A stretch of 64,000 nt of DNA, taken from an uncultured Gemmatimonadota bacterium (GTDB lineage: Bacteria > GCA-2686955). Location of the stretch: the NCBI GenBank assembly GCA_964490075.1, contig CAZBBK010000007.1, positions 1 to 64,000 on the forward strand. Reading direction: 5' to 3'. This document shows, piece after piece, positions 28,529 through 36,433 of the stretch (positions are counted from its first letter, which is position 1; every line of letters begins with the position of its first letter). Made by a program: the position numbers and the translations under genes. The notes beneath the pieces were generated by a model. The model was given only the letters and a program-made list of their open reading frames with translations, had not been told where the DNA came from and made no database searches.

Positions 28529-29956
28529 CTAGAGTCCGCGCGAGCAGGCCGGCCGGCCGGCCAGATCGCGCCCCAGCGTTAGGGCTGGCAGCGCGTGGGG
28601 CTCCACGGCACGCAGCTCGACCTGCTGCCGCGAGCCACCAGACCCCCAGAAGTTGCGAGTCAGATCGAGCGTCACGTCGTTGCCTCCGCCGAACTCACCG
28701 CTGGAAGCGACGACCGTCGGTCCGGGCCCATCGGCCGCATCCATGTCGTTGCCGCGCACGATCAGATCTTGCCAATCGGAGGCGTGCAGCAGCGCCGCCT
28801 CGCCCGCCACCAGGGCCAGATTCTCGACGAAGCGGTTGCAGGCGACGATCGCGGGCCGCTTGCCCGCGTCGTTGCGGTGCGTGAACGCGATGGCGGCGCC
28901 GCGCGGTGCCCGGTTGGCGCCGAAGAACGACTGCGCGATGACCGGCGAGCCGTTGCCGTGGACCGCGATCGCGCCGCCGCCCATGGGTGCGGCGAAGTCG
29001 AGCTCGTTGGACTCGAAGCTCGAGCGGCGGATCGAGGGATCGCTGCGGTGGGCGATGAAGAGCGCGCCCCCGGCGGTGATGGCGAAGTTGTCGTGGAAGA
29101 GGCAGTCCGTGGTCTCGAAGTGGGCGCCGTAGGAGGCGTGCATGGCGCCGCCGCGCTCGGCGAGATTGGCCGCGAAGAGACAGTCCTCGAAGAGCGGAGA
29201 TGCCCCGAGCAGACGCACCGCCCCGCCCCCCTTCGCAACCGCCTCGTTGGCGCGGAACTCACACCCCACGATCTCGACCTCGATCCCTTCCGCCTCGGCG
29301 ATGGCCAGCGCGCCGCCGACGTGAATGGAGCGATTGTCGGAGAACACCGAATCGACGATCCGCACCCGATCGAGGAGGCGATAGAGATAGATCGCGCCGC
29401 CCATCACCACCTCGTCGGGCAACTGCTGGGGATCGACCACGATCTCCTCGCCCTTGTCGTAGAGGGCGGCGTTCGACTCGAAGTGCACAGCTTCGATGTA
29501 GGGCGCGACACTTTCCCCGAAGAGCGCGGAGCCGCCGGCGTGGCGGATCTCGGCATGGCGGATGATGCTGCCCGAGAGGTAGCGATCGTCGACGTCGAAG
29601 CGGGCCCCTTCGGCCGAGGGCGAGAAATGGATGCCGCCCCAGTCGTCGGTCGAGCCGTCGAGACCTTCGAAGCGCAGCGGAAGTCCGGGCGCGCCTTGCG
29701 CCACCAGGGCGCCGTGGATGACCAGACTCGGCCCGGGCATCACGCCGCGATCCGCGGGATCGAGACGTCCCATGAGGATTCGGGCGCCGGGATCGATGGT
29801 CAAGGTCGCTCCCGAAAGCACCACGACATCCTCGGTGAAGGTGTAGGGAGAGCCCATCTGGGTCCATCGTGTGTCGTCGTCGATCCACAGGACGGCGTTC
29901 GCGGTCGAAGTCCAGAGGGCGAGAATCGTTGCCGTGCGTCGCGTCTGGTGCAGCAT
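28529..29956 (-). CDS. Secreted right-handed beta-helix protein with Pmp-like GGA(I/L/V) and FxxN repeats
   Basis: Signal peptide, GSPY...GATLTIDPG start, WGGI, about 7 FxxN..GGA repeats, terminal NFWG. Confidence 0.8.
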   Translation of the reverse strand: MLHQTRRTATILALWTSTANAVLWIDDDTRWTQMGSPYTFTEDVVVLSGATLTIDPGARILMGRLDPADRGVMPGPSLVIHGALVAQGAPGLPLRFEGLDGSTDDWGGIHFSPSAEGARFDVDDRYLSGSIIRHAEIRHAGGSALFGESVAPYIEAVHFESNAALYDKGEEIVVDPQQLPDEVVMGGAIYLYRLLDRVRIVDSVFSDNRSIHVGGALAIAEAEGIEVEIVGCEFRANEAVAKGGGAVRLLGASPLFEDCLFAANLAERGGAMHASYGAHFETTDCLFHDNFAITAGGALFIAHRSDPSIRRSSFESNELDFAAPMGGGAIAVHGNGSPVIAQSFFGANRAPRGAAIAFTHRNDAGKRPAIVACNRFVENLALVAGEAALLHASDWQDLIVRGNDMDAADGPGPTVVASSGEFGGGNDVTLDLTRNFWGSGGSRQQVELRAVEPHALPALTLGRDLAGRPACSRGL

Positions 29957-29992
29957 GATTCCGGCCTTTCGTGCAATGCCGGATCCCCTGTT

Positions 29993-30008
29993 TGCATCAC
30001 CAGTGCCA
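29993..30008 (-). promoter_or_regulatory. Sigma54 (-24/-12) promoter for the beta-helix gene
   Basis: Minus strand reads TGGCACTGGTGATGCA (GG-N10-GC), ending 36 nt before the ATG at 29956. Confidence 0.7.
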
Positions 30009-30130
30009 TTCTTGGACACGACGCCCAACGCGTTGCAGTACAACGACTCGATCCAGAGCGCCCGAAGCCCCTCCGTCGCCCGGCATTACATCGCGCCGTA
30101 CGGTCTGTAAGGGTTCGCGCCAGCAAAGGC

Positions 30131-32446
30131 TCAGAAGAGGTCGCGCAACGTGTCGCCCGCCACCACCGCCGACTGCGGGATCACCAGTTCTCCACCGGAT
30201 CCCATGAAGCTCCAGCGCGCCGCGACCACCCGGGCGTCGCCGTTGGGCGCGGTGGTGCCGTAGGGGATTCGTATGCGGGCGATCCCGTCGGCGCCGACCG
30301 GCGCCAGGGCGCGCCAGGGGAGTCGGTAGTCGGCCTCTTCGTACTCGATCTCCAGTTCGACTCGAAGCTGCGCTCCGGTCGTTCCGGCGGCCGCCACCAC
30401 CGCACCCGGGACGCGCTCCCAAACCTGGCCCACGGGGAAGGGCTTGCCGGTCACCGGACCGACAGTGCCGCCCGCGTACTGCGGGGTCGCGTAAACCAAG
30501 CGCAGGTAGTCGATCGATCCGGCCTCGGCACCGACCACGCGGCGCTCGAGATCGATCGGCACGCCGCCGACCAGCAGCCGCCCGGCCATGGTCGCGAACC
30601 AGCGCGACGAGACCGGCAAGGGCGAGCGCTGCGCCCGAGCGACGTAGCGCTCCCAGCTCGGCTCCCCGACCACCTTGCAGAGCGAGCGGGTGAGAGAGAT
30701 GATCTGCACCGGCAAGTAGACGAATCGGACCTGGCGCCGCTCGAGCATGCGCTCCGCGGCGGCCGGCGACTCCTCGAGAAAGAAGAGGGCCGGTGCGCGG
30801 TAGCTGTCGATGCCGATGTAACTGCCGAAATTGTTGGCCACGCTGGGGGCAGCCGCGGCCCACTCGATCAGGTGCCCGCGGTCCCAGTGCGAGAGCACCG
30901 CCTCCTCGGCGGCGGCGCCACGGTAGGCGCGAATCCACTCGAAGGCGCGTCGCTCGCCGATCACCGGATCGGCCTCGGTGCCGACCCAGTCGTGCTCAGC
31001 AGCGCTGAGCCATTGGCGGGTGTTCTGGATGCTGGGCCACTGCGCCGCCAGCGCCGCCAGCAGGATGGCCGGGGCCCAGAGCTTGGCGGGGCCGCGGCGC
31101 ACCAGAAGGGCCGCGCCCCAGCCGAGCAGGACCGCCATCGGCACCGCCAGGGGATCGGCGAAGCGCCGCTGCAAGAGCGCCTGCGGCAGCAGGGTGGCCA
31201 CGGCCACGACCCAGGGCAGCAGTGGGTCGTCGCGGCGGCACAGCGCGCGCCAGGCGGCCAGCAAAAGCACCGCGGGCAGCACCACCACCCCGTAGCCGAG
31301 CGCGAAGAAGAGCACCCCTGGCTCGGACCCCGGGCCGACCAGCGGCAGCGATTCGCCGACCCGGCTCATGAACGCGTCGGCACGCGACACCCAGGCGATG
31401 CCCTCGGCAATGCCGCGCGCCGGCGCCAGGGAGAGCCGCCACGAGATCAGGGCGAACGCAGCGAGCACGGCCGCCACCGCGAAGGGATAGGCTCGCGCGG
31501 CGCGCCTTCCGGCGGCCAGGCGCCCGCTCTCCAGCAGCAGGGGCGGCACGAACACGCACGCGCCCAGGGCCAGCTGCGCCGGATGCAGCCAAGACAGATT
31601 GACCACCATCCACGGCAGCTCATGCCGCCACGGGCTGTCCCAGACCGCCGGAAAGAGTGTCGCCGCGGCGACCAGGTGCAGCGTCAGCCCAAGTGTCGCG
31701 ACCCCCGGAAGTGTATCTTGCGAGCGCCGCACGAGCATCCAGCCGAGCACGATCTGCAGGTTGACGACGTAGAGAATCGCCGCCACCCAGGAGCCGATCA
31801 TCAGCCCGCAGAGCAAACCGAGCAAGGTGCCCCACAGCGCGCTCTTGGCCCGCGACATGATTGCATCAGGGCGCAAAGCCTCGCTGGCGACCAGCAAGAG
31901 CGCGGCGTTGAGCAGGGCAATCCAGGCGTGGTGATCGCCGTTGCCGAGCGACGAGTAGTTGATGGTGCCGCGACACAAGGCGACGCTGACCCCGGCGACC
32001 GCCGCGCCGGTGAGGCCGGCGACCGCTGCGCCGATGCGCCACGCCGCCAGGACCGCGACCAGCACCGCCGCGATGCCGAAGACGACCGGCGCCGACGCCG
32101 TGGCGTGCTCGATCCAGCGCCGGCGCTCCGGCTCGGCGTCGGGCACGAAGGGTCCGAAGACCCGGGCGAGCAGCCCGTCGTAGTAGGGAGGCCAGGGGAT
32201 CTTCGCGCCCTGGGGGTGGTTCATCCACGGGTCTTGCTGGGCGACGCGGCCTTCGCGCAGCGCTCGCTCCACCCGGCGAGCATGGTAGAGACCGTCGGGA
32301 TCGCGCGAAAACCACCCCCCCCGACCATCGGGATGGGCATCACTACGAATCCCGAATCGCGGAATCGAGGCCAGGGCGCCGGCCGCCACCAGGACAGCGA
32401 GGAGTGCCAGCGCGCGGGCGCGGAAGGGGCGCCGTGGCGATCCCAC
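30131..32446 (-). CDS. STT3/AglB/PglB-family oligosaccharyltransferase-like membrane protein
   Basis: DPDGLYHARR, WPPYYD, GNGDHH, RVGE (TIXE-like), VLSHWDRGHLI (WWDYG-equivalent), about 13 TM segments, C-terminal RIPYGT. Confidence 0.82.
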   Translation of the reverse strand: MGSPRRPFRARALALLAVLVAAGALASIPRFGIRSDAHPDGRGGWFSRDPDGLYHARRVERALREGRVAQQDPWMNHPQGAKIPWPPYYDGLLARVFGPFVPDAEPERRRWIEHATASAPVVFGIAAVLVAVLAAWRIGAAVAGLTGAAVAGVSVALCRGTINYSSLGNGDHHAWIALLNAALLLVASEALRPDAIMSRAKSALWGTLLGLLCGLMIGSWVAAILYVVNLQIVLGWMLVRRSQDTLPGVATLGLTLHLVAAATLFPAVWDSPWRHELPWMVVNLSWLHPAQLALGACVFVPPLLLESGRLAAGRRAARAYPFAVAAVLAAFALISWRLSLAPARGIAEGIAWVSRADAFMSRVGESLPLVGPGSEPGVLFFALGYGVVVLPAVLLLAAWRALCRRDDPLLPWVVAVATLLPQALLQRRFADPLAVPMAVLLGWGAALLVRRGPAKLWAPAILLAALAAQWPSIQNTRQWLSAAEHDWVGTEADPVIGERRAFEWIRAYRGAAAEEAVLSHWDRGHLIEWAAAAPSVANNFGSYIGIDSYRAPALFFLEESPAAAERMLERRQVRFVYLPVQIISLTRSLCKVVGEPSWERYVARAQRSPLPVSSRWFATMAGRLLVGGVPIDLERRVVGAEAGSIDYLRLVYATPQYAGGTVGPVTGKPFPVGQVWERVPGAVVAAAGTTGAQLRVELEIEYEEADYRLPWRALAPVGADGIARIRIPYGTTAPNGDARVVAARWSFMGSGGELVIPQSAVVAGDTLRDLF

Positions 32447-32447
32447 T

Positions 32448-33878
32448 TCAGTCCTGAATGCCGTAGCGATCGAGGCGTGAGTAGAGCGCCGGACGGGACA
32501 GTCCCAGGCGACTGGCGGCTGCCGACTTGTTGCCTCGACAGGCGATCATCGCGCGCCGCACCAGCACCTTCTCGAGCTGCTCCACGCAATCGGCGAGGGT
32601 GCCTTCGAGCGGCGGGAAAGGGTCGTCCGCGGGGCCGGCGGCCGCCCCCTTCGGTGCTTGCGTTCCCGGCCGGCGCTCCTCCAGCGCCGCCTCCAGATCG
32701 TCGATCCCGATCAGCGTGTCGTCCTCGACGAGGTTCGCCAGGCGCTCGACCAGGTTCTTGAGCTGGCGCACGTTGCCCGGCCAGCGCTCGGCCACCAGGC
32801 GCTCCAGGGCGGCATCCTCGAAGCCGGCCACCCGGGTGCCCAGCTCGCGGTTGAAGCGGGTCAGGAAATGCCGGGCCAGGAGGGGAATATCCTGGGCGCG
32901 CCCGCGCAGCGGCGGGATCGTGATCGGGACCACGTTGAGCCGGTAGTAGAGATCGCGCCGGAAGCCGCCACTCTCGACGGCGCCCTCCAGATCCTGGTGG
33001 GTGGCGGCGACGATGCGCACCTCGGCCGCGATCGGCACCGAGGCGCCGAGGGGCTGGAACTCGCGTTCCTCGATCACCCGCAGCACCTTGGCCTGCAGCT
33101 CCAGTCCCATGTCGCCGATTTCGTCGAGGAAGATCGTGCCCCCGCGCGCCAGCTCGAACTTCCCCTTGCGGTCGGCGCGCGCGCCGGTGAAGGCCCCTCT
33201 GAGGTGCCCGAAGAGCTCGCTCTCCAGCAGCGTGGAGGGGATCGCGGGGGTGTCGACGACCACGAAGGGGCCCTCGCGGCGCGGGCTGGCGAAATGCAGG
33301 GTGCGGGCGATCAGCTCCTTGCCGGTCCCGGTTTCGCCCCGCACCAGCACCGTCGACGCGGTGCGTGCCACCTTGCGAGCCTGGCGCAGCACCGCCTCCA
33401 TCTGCGGCGCTTCGAACACCACCGCGTCGAGGCCGGAGGCCCGCTCCACGACCTCGCGCAGCGCCCGCAGGTCGTCGCGATTGGCCCGCGCCGCCAACGC
33501 GTTGGTCAGGCGGCGGCGCAGCTCCACGGCGTCGAAGGGCTTCTGCAGGTAGTCGATGGCGCCGCGCTTCATCGCCTCGACGGCGATCTCGACCGAGGCC
33601 TCGGCCGTGACCACCAGTACGTCGGGGCCGGCGCCGGGGTCGGCGGCGATCTCGTCGAGCAGAGTCAGGCCGGCGTCGGGGCTGGGAAGGGGATCGTCGC
33701 CGCCCGGCGGCAGGCCGAGATCGAGCAGCACCAGGTCGTAGCGCCCGCCGCGCAACATGGCGCGCGCCGATTCCAGGTCGGCCGCCTCGTGCGCCTGCCC
33801 CAGCTCGGCCGCCTCGATGCCCGCGACCAGCTTCCAGCGCACCGCGCGCTCGTCGTCCACGACCAGGAACTGGGTCAT
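32448..33878 (-). CDS. Sigma54-dependent response regulator, PrsR-like
   Basis: REC with LLDLGLPP...DAGLTLLDEI, GETGTGKE, GAFTGA, FLDEIGDM, WPGNVRQL, LGLSRPALY. Confidence 0.92.
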   Translation of the reverse strand: MTQFLVVDDERAVRWKLVAGIEAAELGQAHEAADLESARAMLRGGRYDLVLLDLGLPPGGDDPLPSPDAGLTLLDEIAADPGAGPDVLVVTAEASVEIAVEAMKRGAIDYLQKPFDAVELRRRLTNALAARANRDDLRALREVVERASGLDAVVFEAPQMEAVLRQARKVARTASTVLVRGETGTGKELIARTLHFASPRREGPFVVVDTPAIPSTLLESELFGHLRGAFTGARADRKGKFELARGGTIFLDEIGDMGLELQAKVLRVIEEREFQPLGASVPIAAEVRIVAATHQDLEGAVESGGFRRDLYYRLNVVPITIPPLRGRAQDIPLLARHFLTRFNRELGTRVAGFEDAALERLVAERWPGNVRQLKNLVERLANLVEDDTLIGIDDLEAALEERRPGTQAPKGAAAGPADDPFPPLEGTLADCVEQLEKVLVRRAMIACRGNKSAAASRLGLSRPALYSRLDRYGIQD

Positions 33879-36433
33879 TCTCGTATCCCTCGCTCGGCCG
33901 GAAGCGTGATCCGGAAGGTCGCCCCCTCTCCCGGCTCGTTGTGCAGGTCGATCCGCCCGCCGTGGGCGCTGACCGTGTCGAGCACGAAGGCCAGACCGAG
34001 CCCCTGTCCGCCGGGGCGCGAGCTGGCGAAGGGCTCGAAGAGATCGGCGGTCCACTCGGGCGGGACTCCGGGTCCGGTGTCGGCGACCTCCAGTGTTACA
34101 GAGCCCGCCCTCGAGGTCGACACTCCGAGGCGCAGGATGCCCCGGCCCTCCATCGCCTGGATGGCGTTCTTGGCCAGGTTCTCGACCACGCGGCGCAGCT
34201 TCGCGGCGTCGCCGCGCACCGGCGGCACCTCGTCCCAGGGCCGGCGCACGATCTCGAGGCGGGCGTCCCGGGGGACCGATCCGAGCGCCGCCAGCGCCAG
34301 CTCACGAAGATCGAGCGGCTCCACGGGCCCACTGCGCCCGCGCACGAACTCGCCCTGGGAGCGGACCAGCTCGTGGATTCGGCGCACCCGCAGCTGGCAC
34401 TCTCGCAGCGCCTCGGCCAGCTCGGGCGAGTCGCCGGAGCCGGGCCCGATGCGCAGCAGTGCGCCCTCCAGCTCCTCGGCCAGGTTGCCGACATCGTGCA
34501 CCACGAAGCCGGAGAAGCGGCCCAGCGTCTCCAGCTTGCTGCGCAGCGTCGCGGCCCGCTCCAGGCGGCGCTGCTCGGTGACGTCGTCGAGCAAGAGCTG
34601 GGTGCCCAGCTCCTTTCCTTCCGAATCCGGCGCCAGCAGGCGCTGGACGATGTAACGCACCTGGCGCCGGCCACCCGCGCCCGCCGGCAGATCCAGCTCA
34701 CCGCGCAGCGGGGGATCCTCCGGCCCCGCGTGATCGAGCGCCGCGCCGAAAGGTGCCAGCGCTTCGACCGAATCCGCTTCCGCACCGATCCAGGCCGCGG
34801 CGTCGATGCCGAGCAAGGTGGCCGCGGCACGGTTCAACGACTCCAGGCGCCCGGCGGCGTCGATCACCACGACTCCCGTGGCGATGCCCGCCAGCACCTC
34901 GCGGTGGTGGGTCGCGGTGCGCCGCTCGACCTCCACCAGGCGGCCGTTCTGCAACGCCACGGCGGCCTGTGCCGCCACCGTTCGCAGCAGCGCGCAGTCC
35001 TCGGCGTCGAGCGCTCTGCCGCCGGCGGGGGCGCCGACCAGGAGCAGCGCAAAAGTGCTTTCGGCGCAGACCACCGGCACCACGCCGGCCACGCGATCGC
35101 GGCGCAGCAGGAGCTGCTCGGCCCGGGGCAGGGCGGCGAGATCGGGTCCGCCGTCGTCTTCCAGGCGCCGCAGCACGGCACGGGTGCGCGAGGCGCGCGC
35201 GACCAGCCCGGCGGCGCCGGCATCGATCCGGCGGGTCGCGTCGAGCGGGTCGACGAAGCCCTTCTCCTGCTCGATGCGCACCAGCAGGGTGGCGTGGCTC
35301 AGGCCGAGCGCGACGGGGAGCTGGTTGCGCAGTGCGGCACCGAGCTCGGCCGCCGTGGGCAGGGTCGGTAGATGGGTCGCCAGGTGCTCGAGCAGGTCCC
35401 GGTCGCGCTGCCGCCGCCGGTCGAAAAGCTGGTCGATCCAGCGGATCGCCTCGACTCCGGCGCGCAGCAGCAGGCTGGCGGCGATCGCCGTGGCGAGCAT
35501 CCCGCCGAAGAGGGTGAGAGGCGAGGCGCGCGCGGCGAGCCAGTAGGCCGCGACCCCGGCCGCGGCGACGAAGCATCCGCCGAGGGCCAGGGTGCCGGCC
35601 AGGCTGGCCAGCGAGCGGCGCAGCAGGTGGTCGGACTCGAGGGCGTGATCGAAGAGGATGGCCACGGCGAAGCCCAGGGGCAGCAGCACGATCGCCAGCA
35701 ACGGCAAGGCTCCGAAAGGGAGGGCGGCGCCGAGGATGGGTCCGGGAATCAACACGCACGCGATCACCGGCAGCAGCGCCCCGAGGGCCAGTGCGCGCAC
35801 CACCCAGACCAGGCGCCGGCCGCGGTGCCAGGAGCGCAGGCGCCGGGTGCGCGCGATCAGCAAGATGGCGACCCCCGCCAGCAAGGCCGCCCCGCTGATC
35901 TGCGCCGCGCGATCGACCAGGGCGGCGGCGCCGTGCAGGCCGAAGGGAGCGAGCAGATCGTCGGCGAGGTAGAGCGCGGCCTGCAGATAGACCAGGCTCA
36001 GCGTCGCGCGTGGATGGGTGCGCAGCAGACCGTGGCGCTCGGGGAAGACCAGCGCCGTATGGGCCACCAGCGAGACCGTCAGACCGCTCAGCAGGCCGCG
36101 CAGCGCGACCGCGGCGTCGAAGAGCTCGATCCCGAGCGGAGCCGGCCACGGCCAGGCGATGCGGTTGACCATCAGCCAAGCGCCGAGCACCGCCGACGTG
36201 CGCGCGAAGACCGGCGAGGCGCCGTGCGAGGAGGTGCTCTGCCCGACCACCGACCCGACCGCCACCAGCAGCACTCCGGCCGCCGCGAAGGCCAGCACCG
36301 AGCGCGGCGAGGCGGCGCCCGCTTGGAGCTCCGCATAGGCCCTGCCGAGCACGAAGAGGAGCACGCAGGCCGACTCCGCCGCTCCGCCCCAGCGCCGCAG
36401 CCCGGTCCCCTCCCCGGTCGCATTCGCGCTCAC
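33875..36433 (-). CDS. Multi-TM sensor histidine kinase with GAF and PAS domains, PrsK-like H-box
   Basis: About 9 TM segments, GAF (AAQAAVALQNGRL), PAS, GRFSGFVVHDVGNL, ENLAKNA, DTGPGV, GQGLGL. GTG at 36433 overlaps the CHAT stop. Confidence 0.88.
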   Translation of the reverse strand: MSANATGEGTGLRRWGGAAESACVLLFVLGRAYAELQAGAASPRSVLAFAAAGVLLVAVGSVVGQSTSSHGASPVFARTSAVLGAWLMVNRIAWPWPAPLGIELFDAAVALRGLLSGLTVSLVAHTALVFPERHGLLRTHPRATLSLVYLQAALYLADDLLAPFGLHGAAALVDRAAQISGAALLAGVAILLIARTRRLRSWHRGRRLVWVVRALALGALLPVIACVLIPGPILGAALPFGALPLLAIVLLPLGFAVAILFDHALESDHLLRRSLASLAGTLALGGCFVAAAGVAAYWLAARASPLTLFGGMLATAIAASLLLRAGVEAIRWIDQLFDRRRQRDRDLLEHLATHLPTLPTAAELGAALRNQLPVALGLSHATLLVRIEQEKGFVDPLDATRRIDAGAAGLVARASRTRAVLRRLEDDGGPDLAALPRAEQLLLRRDRVAGVVPVVCAESTFALLLVGAPAGGRALDAEDCALLRTVAAQAAVALQNGRLVEVERRTATHHREVLAGIATGVVVIDAAGRLESLNRAAATLLGIDAAAWIGAEADSVEALAPFGAALDHAGPEDPPLRGELDLPAGAGGRRQVRYIVQRLLAPDSEGKELGTQLLLDDVTEQRRLERAATLRSKLETLGRFSGFVVHDVGNLAEELEGALLRIGPGSGDSPELAEALRECQLRVRRIHELVRSQGEFVRGRSGPVEPLDLRELALAALGSVPRDARLEIVRRPWDEVPPVRGDAAKLRRVVENLAKNAIQAMEGRGILRLGVSTSRAGSVTLEVADTGPGVPPEWTADLFEPFASSRPGGQGLGLAFVLDTVSAHGGRIDLHNEPGEGATFRITLPAERGIRE

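Noticed and set aside
28595-32761. Very long + strand ORF (1388 aa) and similar antisense ORFs, e.g. 14279-17596, 36841-39423, 58214-60532
   Set aside because: They are shadow frames of motif-bearing genes on the opposite strand. Stop codons are rare at this GC content, and the translations have no recognisable domains.
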